A stretch of DNA of 50,626 nucleotides, filler included, from Bipalium vagum (Eukaryota): assembly GCA_037834085.1 (NCBI GenBank). It is 2 parts of 2 records of this genome, joined end to end, with 100 filler letters (N's around TTAATTAATTAA, not from the genome) between each part and the next. Parts side by side here need not be neighbours in the genome. Positions count along the whole stretch, not along the records: positions 1 to 19,823 come from JBBMKC010266928.1; positions 19,924 to 50,626 come from JBBMKC010266294.1. One strand, given 5' to 3'. Below are positions 13,521 through 25,729 of the stretch, one piece after another (position 1 is the stretch's first letter; each line of letters opens with the position of its first letter). A model generated the notes under the pieces. It ran no database searches and was not told where the DNA came from. It worked only from the letters and a program-made list of their open reading frames with translations. The position numbers and the translations under genes are program-made.

Positions 13521-14821
13521 CACTGTTCCAAAACAAACGCAAATTGAAATTAAATGTGAGCTGATTTGGCATTTTGCGAATAACTGTTTCATTGCGCTAA
13601 GGTATATCTCGGATTAAATATTACGCTTTGCAAAATATGTTAAGTTTGTCAATCTGAAATGGTGGTAAGAAGAAAATAGTATTATTTGTCAAATATTTCT
13701 CCTTTGTCAGCTCATTTAATGGGTTCATTGAAATTGATGATTTGCCAGGCTCTTTTTGGCGAATAATAAAGAATTATTTTTATAACAAGTAACACTAATA
13801 ATAATTATTATAAGAAAAATAATTGTTAGAAATAAGCCAGAAAGTCTTTGTTTTCTTAGTAAAGTAAGACGTACATTCCAAAAAAACAGTAATGCTTTCT
13901 ATAAGAAAAAAAGAGAGACCTTTCAGAAATCACAACAATATTAAAGACATTTTATTAGTGACTATTATTATTATTATTTTATATTATTTTTATTTCCTAA
14001 GTAATTGAAAAATCATTTTTATTTTACATCTTTTTACTCTCGAATTTAAACAAAAAAATTTGACAATTTTAATTAAATTAATTTCCAAAAATTATATTTT
14101 TTAATATTATTTTTCCCATTTAATCAAAAATTTCAGTTAATTAAATTTTTGATTAACTGATTTTAGGTTAATTAATATTTAACGAATTAATAACATGAAA
14201 AGATTTTATGATCCTTGTTTGTTTTTCGAATACAAAATCGAAATTTTCAAATACTAATAATTTAAAATAAATATTAATAACATAAATTATCATATCATGA
14301 ATTTTTCAATTCTTTACTTTTTAAATTTATTGATTTACTTTAATCCTTATTTTAAATTGTTTAATGTTGTTCACTGAATTATTTATTCCCTTTCCAATTT
14401 CAATTTGACTTTTCAGTCGGATTTTTGTTTTATTTTTTTATTGTTTTAATGAATGGTTTAAAATTCAGTTAGAATGAAATCATAAAATATATGCCACTTC
14501 GAATAATCTTTGATTCGAATTTTTTTCTCATTTAATCACTGCCCCTCAAATCAGAATCCGATGGATATAAAAACACAAGTAGTAATAAAAAATTATTTCA
14601 GCTCTCAGCAATAAAACCCTGACACACTTTAGACGAAGTTTTCCACTGAAACAGGCTGGAAATGTATGATTCTGCCGTTTTATTACTAATAAAATCTTCG
14701 CTGACGAACTTTGCTGATTGAATTTGTTCATATAATCAATTTGCTCTGTGTACCATTCCAAAGTGATTTATACATTTTCTGCTAATTTCAACTTTCATTC
14801 TGAGAACCACAGAATGTCGAC

Positions 14822-15923
14822 TTAATTTTTCAAATATGAAATTTGCAAAATGAAATACTCAGTTTATTGATAAATTACAAATACCATATTTGCTATACAC
14901 TTTTGCCATTTAAGCAACAGTTTGTTTAGGCTGGTCATAAAAAATCATGGTTGACGAGAGTCAATGAATTCTTGAAAGGCCAGTTTTATATCATTGTCGA
15001 TTTGAATTGTTTTCCTAATAAAATGTCAAATTACAGAAGAACTGATAGTTTGTGTGGCTGTCTGATCAGTATGGAGGGGATTAAGAAGTTCCAATTATAA
15101 TTCCTGTATTTTGCCACCCATTTTTGCAAGTTTGATGGAAAAAGATAGGAGTTGATCTATTGACCAATCTGGACTGTTTTCTTTAAGTTTCTTCATCATT
15201 TTATCCATTTAGTTACAGTACATTTTTGCTGTGATCGATAAGCCCGGTTTCATGAATTCATACAGAATCACATCTACGCCAATCAACCCCTAAACACTCC
15301 CAACAGCTTCTTTATTAATGATACATTTTACTGTCACAAGTGATAATTCAATTCAAACAACATCAAGCAAGCTTCCAACCCCTTTTGTTTTTCATGAAGT
15401 TTAGTGTCAATTTTTTCACCTTTCGTAATTGAGCTATATGATTTAATATTGTTTGGTTGTTGACAGCAACCTTCACCAACAATTCGTGGACACTCTGAGA
15501 TAGGTTTGCTTCAACCCTGATTTTTAATTCATCAATACGAACATTTAATTCTGGGAGACCACGATCTCATTTGCAAGATCAAAATCATCTGTACGAAATT
15601 TGATGAACAAATTTGATATTGTCTGATGTGTAATAACATTCACCCAAATACACTATTAATGTTTCGGGCGGTTTATGATTTCGGTGTGTGCCAGGTAAAA
15701 ACTCATACGATATAATGATGTGCATTTCAGATATATCAAGTTAAATACAAGTAATCAATTAAAACAATTGATTTTTTCAGCTTACAAAAATTACTTTAAG
15801 TATGAGAAATATGTAAATTACCAACACAAAAAACTAAATGGTAAAATATTAAGCCAATGTTTAATAGTCAGTCATTAAAGTTGACCATATTATTAACTAC
15901 AATTTTCATGCTTGTCAACCCAA
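14822..15923 (-). mobile_element. Decayed full-span mariner (cecropia-like)
   Basis: 5' TIR TA+TTGGGTTGACAAGCATGAAAATT at 15900-15925; HTH IIISYEF; C-terminus DIKLAFQEFIDSRQP*FFMTSLNKLLLKWQKCI; degenerate 3' TIR at about 14822-14848. Confidence 0.88.
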
Positions 15924-17081
15924 TAGAAACTGCTTAAAAAATGTCATTTAATTTAATACTTGTTGACTCCTTTGTCTCTTTTTCCGATAAAGACTTTATC
16001 ATTTGATATTTTTCCACTCAAAGTGGTTTTAGACCTTTTATAAAGTATTGGTAAACAGTAATTGAGATCAATACAAGAGGAGACGTTTCTGTGTTAGTAA
16101 TAGATAAATCAAAATTGTTTAGGGTCCATAACATTAGGACCGATGCTGTCGTTGAAATAAAGGAAGAATTTGATCTGTTTTCAGTGTGAGTGTTTAAACA
16201 TTATTAATCTCTCGCCTTTTTATGGTTGAGTTTTTAGCAGTTTATGAATATTTTTAATGAACAAAGTTGCTAAAGTATTCTTTGATGGTTACCTTCCACT
16301 TTTAGACACAAATGAATCACTCCACTGAAAAAGGGCCGTTTTGGAAAAAGCATCAGGAAAAAGCAAACTCAACGAATTCCTCGCAGGGCACTCAAAAGGT
16401 TCAGAAGCAAAAACTCAAGGAAAAATTGAATGATTCTAACAGTAACAATAACGTATGTTCTGGTCTTTTGTATTGAGAAAATATTTTTAATTTTTAACTA
16501 TCATTATTTTTCTAATTTATTTTTTGTAACATTTCTTTATACATCTATATTAACATTTGCCGCCTCACCCAGTCTGAACTACCTTCCATAACATTTTAGA
16601 GTTTAATCAATATGTGATGAATTTTAAAGTTTCCGTTAAATGATCTATTTCACTTTGGAAAGACATAAGCGTCGCAAAGTCCTCAGAATGAAATCGTTCT
16701 TAAACCTGTTGACAATTTACAGCAGGTCCTCACTGGTGATTGTGTCGTGGTACCTACCAAAACTTTTAAAACTCGTTACGACAATAATGATTTAAATCTT
16801 ACTTTTATTTAATAATGTAAATAAAACCCTCAACGTTATGTCACACTAAAATCTAATCAAACAAGCGACCCTTTACTGAATTCAATTAAGAACCGGTCAA
16901 GAAATGGTTAAAATGTGAAGATAAAAGGAAATCAAGCAAAAGACTAATGTCGACCTCAGCTCATTTCCCCCTAACAATCGACCCACGTACCTCATAGTCA
17001 CATGGGCACAATTCTTGGGCAATTCTACATAAGCATGCCAACCAAAAAACTTGATCAAAAATATTGTTGTTACTATTGTCA

Positions 17082-17211
17082 NNNNNNNNNNNNNNNNNNN
17101 NNNNNNNNNNNNNNNNNNNNNNNNNNNNNNNNNNNNNNNNNNNNNNNNNNNNNNNNNNNNNNNNNNNNNNNNNNNNNNNNNNNNNNNNNNNNNNNNNNNN
17201 NNNNNNNNNNN
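17082..17211. other. Assembly gap (N run)
   Basis: 130 N. Confidence 1.
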
Positions 17212-17602
17212 ATTTCTAAGATAAATATTTATCTTCGTTCAAATTTCTCACTGTTTGTTTATTTAGTTTCCAGCTTAATTAAAGATGTACCCCAGTGGTA
17301 GAGGCGTCCCGTATATATTTGAGCTCCTCTATGTATTAAGTGATAATTCAATTGAAAAACGATGTCTTTCCTAAAACATCTTGCTTTCTTTGCTGTCAAA
17401 TAAAGGTTTCAGAAAGGAAGTGATAACGAGATTCTAGTACGGAAAGAGGGATTATTTATCTGTTGCTTTTGGACAGGCCTGTTATTCTTAGACCGGCACC
17501 CCTTCCTTTATGCATTCACTACCTTAAATATATACAATTATAAATTAAAGTTTCAAATAAGATCTTAGAAATTTTTACAATCCATTATAAGTTTTTAATA
17601 TA

Positions 17603-18260
17603 TTAGGTTGTCCCAAAAAAAATTCTTTTTTTTAATAAAAGGAAACCAAATTATAAAAAATTATTAAGTGCATATCAAATATAAAAGTATAGACCATTAT
17701 GTTTGATGGTCTGCAGCCATCTTTGAATTCCACTAAGATACCATTGTTTTGATTTGGAACAGCAGAACCCCAAGCAGGCAATTTCCACATCGTTAACATT
17801 ACTAAAGCTTCGAATACAAAGACCTAAATAGGTAGTAATCAGTAGGCACCAGATCAGGGCTGTAAGCTGGATGTGGTGATAGCTCAATTCCCTCCAGTTC
17901 TAGATTTTTTCTTGGTTATAATCGCTGTGTGTAGTTTTGCATTGTCATGCTGGAGAAGGACATTTTTGCGATTTACCAAAGACGGATATTTTTCCATTAA
18001 TCTTTCCGACATACGATGGTGTTGTAAGGAATATAACTTGGAGTAAATTGATTTACCATTCGGGATTAATTCGAAGTCGATTACACCGTAATTTTACCAT
18101 ACGCACTACATGACCTTTTTTCAAATCGTTGCTATTTAAAAACCGGAAATGCTGTTTGCTCAATGTATAACCATTGATTAGAAGTGTCTGAATTTGCAAA
18201 ATAAATTCACTTCTCATCGCTTGTCACGATTCTGTTAATGAAAAGACTGTCAAATGGATT
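17603..18260 (-). mobile_element. Mariner 3' half with TIR
   Basis: TA+TTAGGTTGTCCCAAAA TIR at 17601; minus strand RIVTSDEK*IYF, LLQHDNAKLHT, LEGIELSPHPAYSPDLVPTDYYLF, GIQRWLQTIKHNGLYF. Confidence 0.92.
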
Positions 18261-18269
18261 TTTCAAAGG

Positions 18270-18722
18270 CTCGAAGTTAGTAAACATGTGGCTTCAACAG
18301 GATGGGGCTACTTTATCATACCGCTATCACTACAATAGCTATTTTAAGATCTCTGTTTCCTGGCCGGTTAATCTCTAAATCCGTAGGCATTGATTGGATC
18401 TCAAGATCGACAGATTTAACACCCGCATCTTTTTCTATGGGGTACTTGAAGAACATAGTCTATGCTGATAAATCAATTACTCTTATCCAGAAGGCTGTCT
18501 ATTCCGGAAAAATTTCCCCGAAATTATGTGAAAAAGTGATTAAAAATGCCATGAAAAGAGCTTGTGAATATAAGGTATCCGGAGAAGACCATTTAGAAAA
18601 TATTATTTTCCATATTTAATTTTTGTCTCTAAATAAATTATTACAGAAAAAAAGTTTTCGTTTTCATTTTTATAAAAAGATATTTAAAAAATAAATCATG
18701 CAGTTACTTATGGGTGAACCCG
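18270..18722 (+). mobile_element. rosa/Tc3-like transposon 3' half with TIR
   Basis: MWLQQDGAT, FPGRLISK..IDW..RSTDLTP..MGYLKNIVYADK; ends GGGTGAACCCG+TA. Confidence 0.9.
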
Positions 18723-19139
18723 TATTTACTTTCCGGATTTCTATTTCTGATACTTGTTCAATCTTGTTTCCACTCTGAAAATAATTATCTCTCAACTCTG
18801 CTAAGACGCAATTTACCAAATATCCAGTCACCCTTCAGAAGAGGGTAATGGTTATTATTTTGAAAGTGGTTTATGGATTGTTATTCCATGACCCACCGAA
18901 GCTACATTTGAATCTTTAGTCGAATCTCTTCCATTTGAATATCAAACTAATTCTCTAAGCGAAGAGACGTTGGGATTCATTTTCTCGGATTTTGATTGGT
19001 GCAAATTTATCAAAATTCATTTAATGTTCATTTCAAAGTTTGCTTTACTTTTATCTATTAATAAAAATTAAACATTTTTCTATAGCAACAAACCATAAAT
19101 ATTTGACAACATCATAAAAATATAAGCGAACTGTTTCTT

Positions 19140-19720
19140 ATTTCAGTTTTTTTGATTTTTCTTTCAATTTAGCAAAATATTATTATAAATATGAATAAAA
19201 ATAGAAGTAAAACGTAGAACTGAATAAAGTTTTGTCAGTCTCGCGTGTTTTGCAAAAACTCTCATCAGCCTCTGTACTTGTTACATCTGGTTACTTTATT
19301 CCTGCTCATAATGCTGGGGAGAATGCTATATCCGGGTCTCCTTTTGTTGTAAGAACAATCAGCTACACATTGAATCTCTGATAAGTAAACTGCTCGCCAA
19401 GTAAACAGCAGACTCCGTTCTGCTCCTTCTCTTCCTAGTGGAAGACCTTTTGTTATGAAAGAGTCTCGTTTACTGAAGTAACGCTCTGCTCGATAAGATT
19501 CACAAAAATTACTTTCGTATTGCTTAAGACTAACAACAACAAAACTTTTACCTATCTACTTTATTTAAGTTTTAACTGTTGTCGAAATTTTTTGAATAAT
19601 TTGTTTATAATCGCCCAAACCCTTGCTTTAAGAATGAATTCCTCTCATGTCCAAGCTTTACTTGGAACATTCTCAACAATAAATTTGTTTGCTTTTATTT
19701 CTGAACTGTTTATCTTTTAT
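19140..19720 (-). mobile_element. Fossil R4/Dong-like non-LTR RT fragment
   Basis: Minus frame with few stops: ENVPSKAW (~FDSVPH.W), ITKGLPLG...SLLF (~I.RG..QGD.LSPLLF), PGYSI (~GY), then ADE (~Y.DD) after a frameshift. Confidence 0.4.
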
Positions 19721-19749
19721 TAATAATTAATATCTGATAAATTTCATAC

Positions 19750-19750
<1 letters not shown>

Positions 19751-19823
<73 letters not shown>

Positions 19824-19934
19824 NNNNNNNNNNNNNNNNNNNNNNNNNNNNNNNNNNNNNNNNNNNNTTAATTAATTAANNNNNNNNNNNNNNNNNNNNN
19901 NNNNNNNNNNNNNNNNNNNNNNNAATAAGAATAA

Positions 19935-19973
<39 letters not shown>

Positions 19974-19998
19974 GAATAATAATAATAATAATAATAAT
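19751..19998. repeat. Inverted microsatellite (TTA)n-N44-TTAATTAATTAA-N44-(AAT)n
   Basis: Seen directly; arms 19751-19823 and 19924-19998, N runs 19824-19867 and 19880-19923. Confidence 0.9.
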
Positions 19999-20612
19999 GA
20001 TTTTCCAATCTTTACGAAGATTGTAAAAATTAAATTGATTCTTGGAATGCCCCCAAAGATAGAATTGACATGCTATACCAGAGTTATGGGAGAAAGTAAT
20101 AATTAGATATGGAAAACTACTTTGAATAAAAAATATTGCGCCGAATTGTTATATTGAAGCTTTTTATTCACAAAAACCTTAAAAACATTTGTAAACCTAA
20201 TAATTATAATGATTATCATAATATTATGAGTGTGCATTAAGTCTGGATTAAAATTAAAATAAACAATGTTAGTAATTCTACGGTGATGCAAAAGTTAGTA
20301 CTCAAAAAACTTCTTTAAATAAAATTTTACATCATAATAAGGTTTTACTTTTATTTTCATAGTTATATATTATGTTTAAATTGTGAAATTTTATTTAAAT
20401 AGCAATTTATCATTTGTTTGAATATTGAAATATTGATTGTAATTTTTGAATTTCAATAAATATTTTTCCAAATCTTGTGATTAAGATGACTTATAAAAGT
20501 TTTGTAAAAGTGAAAATAATAACTTATTTTAAATATCTGAATATCTAATATAAGTTTTTATATATTTAGCAACGTTATTTGTATAATTATACAATTTTAA
20601 AATGCGTAATTA

Positions 20613-20803
20613 ATGAATATGTCAAAATTACACTTCAGACATGTATTTATGTTCTTATTCGATATGAGGAAATTAGTAGATGAAGTTTATTAAATGATAG
20701 AGGAAATATATGTTGACGAGGCCCTATTATTGTCATACTTCAAATTTTGGCTTACCAGATTTCAACCAACTGACTTCAATTTGAATGATAAATAAAGAAA
20801 AGG
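20613..20803 (+). mobile_element. Mariner N-terminal HTH fragment (mauritiana-like)
   Basis: MNMSKLHFRHVFMFLFD...IY.DEAL...FWLTRFQ.TDFNLNDK*RKG. Confidence 0.8.
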
Positions 20804-22580
20804 TTTAAAATTGCAGAATTTGTTGATGTATGTCTATTTGTCAAAATATAAATGTTATAAGTTGTTTAAAAAGTCTAACATTAATGCACCCTCCTAATAA
20901 AAGACAATAATAACGTGAATAATTATAAAATTAACGTTATAGAAATTATTATTTACAAGGAAAAGAAACCGAAATGAAGATCCACGTTGATATACAAGGA
21001 GACAAAAGAACTTCTCCATGATAACATTTGAGTTACACAGAAATCTTGCTAAAGTCATGTGACAAATGTACTTTAATTAATTTTTGAAAATAATTATTCC
21101 TTAATCTAAGATATTAAATTATTATGTCTTAATAATATAAAAAATTTAAATAAACTAATAAAAAAATCACTATTTAAAACAAAACCGTTAATTATTATTT
21201 TAACTTATATTTCTATTGATTTTTAATTAATTAAAAAAATAAATAATTCATTTATATATTATCCATAATATCAACAGCACAGAAATCTAAACAATAAAAA
21301 AATAATAGATTGAAAAAAAATGGTTTGACTTGAATTGAAACTGTATCCCATTATCAAGTTGATATTGATATATTTTATAAATTTGATTTTTCTCATAATG
21401 ATTTAAACAAAAATATTAAAAGAAAATTTTTTGGAAAGTAAGCTTGCAGACTTATTATTTTTGCAGTCAATTCCAAATAGTTTTTGATATATCGCAAAAG
21501 GAAATAAAGAACAATAAATCCATTATGTTGTTTTAAATAGAATAATAATAAATTAATTTCCTTACTGATCATGAAACCACTTCTATTAAGTAATTATTTA
21601 TCGAAAATCGTTCCACCTAAAGAGAAAGAGTGAGAGAAAAGGAAAGAGAGAGAGAAGGAGAGAAAGCAATTGAAGATGGAATATAATAAATAATCTTAGA
21701 ATTTTATTTTATACTGAAAATGTGAAACAAATTCTGTTTTATTTTTGTTGATAATGACAATTACCAGTTCAACCAGAGACTTTCCCAAAAGTATGGTAAA
21801 AATTAATTTTTCTCGTTTCATTAAAACAAAAATCCCCCGTCAGACTGAATAGATTAAATAAATCGTCAGTTTCAATATAATATTCCAATTGATCTCAGGT
21901 AAACCAACAATCTGTTTGTCATTTTAGACAAAAAATATGGACGTTTTTTATATTGACAAAATGACAAAATGATTTTTAACTATTTGTTTTTGTGAATAAT
22001 AAATTAAATGATTTATTTATAATTTATCTATTGTTGAACATGGTTAATAAAACAAGAATCATACGGATTCTTAATTGATGAGAATGGAAAGACAACAGAA
22101 AATAATAATAAATCCAGCCAATTTTTCCATTTTGGATTTGATAAAAAATTTCATTTACGTCATGATCAAATGAAACAATTGAACCAAAGATTTTCATTAT
22201 ATGATAAAAATATAAATAATTACAATTTTATAAATCAAACAATTAAGTAATTAATTATATGAAGAGAGAGAACGATGGGTGGGGGCCGGCTCGGAGTAAT
22301 CTGTCTTTCCCAGAACAGCTTAGGTGACATTCCAGGTATTGCTTCCATCCAAAATATAGACGTATTAATGGGAAATTTGCTTGGATTTCAATTTTCTATA
22401 TTAGTTTTGCGCAGTTTTGTACATAATAAAAAGACAAATAAATATGTACGAATATTTTTATTATGCAAGCTGAAATATTTATTTTATTTTTCTATTAATA
22501 TTTGTCTGGATTATACTAGTCATTAACAGTATACTCTAATCCACTTGAATTACAATACAGATTCGAAGAGAAGATTAATT

Positions 22581-22642
22581 TTCTAGATTTCCTTAGATTT
22601 CCGTAGATTTTCATAGATTTTCATAGATTTTCATAGATTTTC
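22581..22642 (+). repeat. 10-bp tandem repeat (TCATAGATTT) x6
   Basis: ttctagattt ccttagattt ccgtagattt tcatagattt x3. Confidence 0.95.
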
Positions 22643-23869
22643 TGTTGTGAAGCAAATAATCGTTTCTATTCAAAATTCAGTGACAAACAATAACAATATA
22701 TACAAATATGTATATACGAATATGAATATATATTCCTATATTCATATAGGAATATATAAATATATACTTAAGTATATAAGTAGATATATACCATTTTTAC
22801 ATAATATCATACTTGGTTTAATGAAAAGGAAATAACTCTCATTTATTGAAAGAAAATTCTTCAATATTATTTTTATGATATACATATATATGATATATTG
22901 AAATTAAATGAAAGGAATATGTGATAAAGAACATGTCTCAAATGAAAGTAGGATGAAATAATGTCATCACAAAGGAAGACACAAAGGGAAACTGGTAATT
23001 TGGTGTGAGACCTTAAATTAAAGTAGCTGTAAGCTCTTGGGATTAAGCCAAGGAAAGAGTATATTGATATTATGGAAAAAAATACTCAATACCAAGCCGA
23101 TATAAAGGCAAACCTGACAATAATATATTGAAATATTTCTGTCTCTTCCAATTAAACTATACTCCTGTTGATAATAATGAACTTGGTGAAATCATTCATG
23201 TCTTAAATGAATAAAATTCCCCGTTTTATTCTTCGAAGTCAACTAATGTGAATTACAATTTTCGTTAATTATTACTAATTATTAATTAATTTCAATGAAA
23301 TCATTTAATTATTGTTTTCCCTCTTCATTTTTTTTTCATCATTGTTAACATTTTTTTCAAAAATATTTTCCCTAATTTATTCTTTCCTTTAAAATCAAAC
23401 TGAATAATATTATTATATTGTGAAATACATTTTATAAAAATACAAATATTGAAAAATGAGAACAATTACAAAAAATATTTTCGTTTCCCAATTTTTTTAT
23501 TCAGACAAAAAAAGTAAAGACATTGTGTCATAAATTATGCTTAATGATCCGTGAAATTGGAATTAAAAAGTGAAAAGGGACAAAATGAAACCATTTTATT
23601 GATTATTATACTTTTGAGAAATAAATTTGGATCATTTTTCAAAAGGGAATTTTTTTATAAATTTAATAAATGAAAATTATTGGTTAAAATAAATATTAAA
23701 TAAATTTAATCAATTTAGTTTGATTTATTGATTTCTTTAAAATTTCAAGCGAAGTACAAATAATGTAAAAATAATGATAATTATATGAATTATTTTTGTA
23801 AAATATTATTATTATATGAATTTAAAAATTATTATTATTTTTAATATTATATTTATTTAAGTTATTATT

Positions 23870-24045
23870 GTTATTAAATTTCTTAAAAAGTTATTATTAT
23901 TGTTATATTTATTAAAAAATAATAATTATTATTATTATACTTATTAAAAAATAATTATGACAATATTTATTAAAAATTATTATTATAATATTTATTAAAA
24001 ATTATTATTATAATATTTATTAAAAAATTATTATTATGATATTTA
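23870..24045 (+). repeat. Approximately 23-bp AT-only minisatellite
   Basis: Repeats of ttattaaaaattattattataatat with variants. Confidence 0.8.
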
Positions 24046-25729
24046 TAATCATTATACAATCATTAGTTTAATCACATCATTTCTCACATTTACTGTATTT
24101 CTTTAAAAAAAACGTTTAAATATATAATCTTAATCTTAATATTATTTTAAATTTAATTAATTTTTGGTTTTTTATTTTATTTTTAATTCATATTTTATTT
24201 CTATTTTTACCAACATTTATTTGTTTTAAACAAGAAAAATTTTGTTTACAAAACGATTTCTAACATTTAAAAATAGTCAGCTTTAAATTGAAAAGAAAAC
24301 AATAATTCCCAATTTGAAATTTCCCATCAAATGAAATTAGCTATCTAATACAAGGGATAAAAATCAGAAAATCGTGATATTAACCAAAGTAATTAGTCTG
24401 AATTTTTAATAAGATAGTCAAAAATAAATATATACATATATATGTATATATATAATTTTTGCAACTCCAGTTAATTTTTACAACATTTCCCCTTCGGTTG
24501 AGGTGATGTCCGACAATTAAAATCAAATCAGGAATACTATGATGAATAAAAAAGTCCGATTTTCTATTTATATGTCAACGGATTTGGTCTGCTGTTATTG
24601 TCAATCAAACAAAACTCCCATTGCTAATCTTATTTGCCATCAATTATGGGATTTTTGATTGTTTAATTGTGTTAAAGTCTTATCCAATTAGATGGGCAGT
24701 CTGTAAATGGTTTTTCCAACACTACCCGTAGAAGGAAGCTCCCGAAAAAAAATCCCCGAACCGAGATTTGCCCAGTCTGTACAACGGTAAAGTGTACGAA
24801 TGTACTCCAATGTCCAGCTGAAAATCGGCTTCAAACCGTTATTTCACTGATATTTTTGCCAATTCTCATTCCATTTTGTAATGATTTGTTTTAAACTTAG
24901 AATTGAAACAAAAAAAAACATAAATATTATATTTGGATTAATAATATAATATTAATAATATTAGTGTGAAAGATAATTAATTTTCTTAATATTACTACTG
25001 TAGTTATATTTGTAATATTTCTATTTTTTCCTAATAAAAAATCATTTACTTAAAATATTTGATAGAAATAAATTAATTGATCAATTAATTGAAGGAAAAA
25101 TATAATTATCCGTATTTTTATCCGTTTGTTAATTTTAATGTTATTTTTTTATTGATTTATTATTATTATTATATTATTAATAATAATATTAAAAATTTTA
25201 AAAATTATTACTGACAGTGAAATAAAATTTTTTATTATTATAACAATTATTTAATTAATAAACCTTAAATAGTTCTCATTTTCTGAACTTAAAATAGAAA
25301 CACGATAATATTGTAAAAAATAATATTTCGATTTTTATATATTTTTAAAAATATTCCTATTTACATTATTAAGTTTAATCAATATTTAAAACAACAAATA
25401 ACGGTCATATTTGAACTATATGCAAACTAATTATTGGAAAGAAATTTTTTTTTACTGGAAAAAAAATATAATATTCGCTAATTAGCAATATTCAATGAAA
25501 TGATAACTTTTATAGCTGTGAAAATTTAGTTTTAATTAATTATTTTTTCGTTTGTTTTAATAATGCACAAATTGAAGAACACGAAAGTAATTTCACAAGT
25601 GTAAAGGTCAGTTATCGATTTTGTAAACAGTACAAAATTTGAATAATTTTACTAATAAAATAAAATCCGATACTGAACAAATTAAAGATCGTGTTTGCTT
25701 TTCCATTTTATATTGTTAATATTTATTTA

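Larger units (their letters stand above)
14530..19030 (+). mobile_element. Fossil CR1/L2-like LINE RT to C-terminus, split by younger DNA transposons and a gap
   Basis: PDG-like (about 14558), GWKCMILP (14654), INLLCVP/SKV (14735); after the mariner insertion TQSGFRP (16016-16036), VLVIDKSK (~.LD.SKAFD), KVFFDG, FHFGK (16648), and TLQKR..KVVYGL..RWDSF (18830-18980). Confidence 0.6.
22080..24900 (+). mobile_element. Fossil L2/CR1-like LINE ORF2 broken by AT-rich tracts
   Basis: Ordered weak motifs: GGG..GVI (22278), LWKKI, TPVDNNELGEIIHVL (23160), SDKKSKDIVS (~D.SKAFD.V; 23500), SVQR*SVRM...KPLF (24775-24845). Confidence 0.35.

Noticed and set aside
16050-16460. Tudor-like exon and a 147-nt exon with GT donors
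   Set aside because: Phases do not join into an open frame, and the segment follows QSGFRP in RT order.
19270-19530. Second exon matching the phase of the 26016 donor
   Set aside because: The same frame extends upstream through stops with RT-like motifs, so a fossil RT is more likely.
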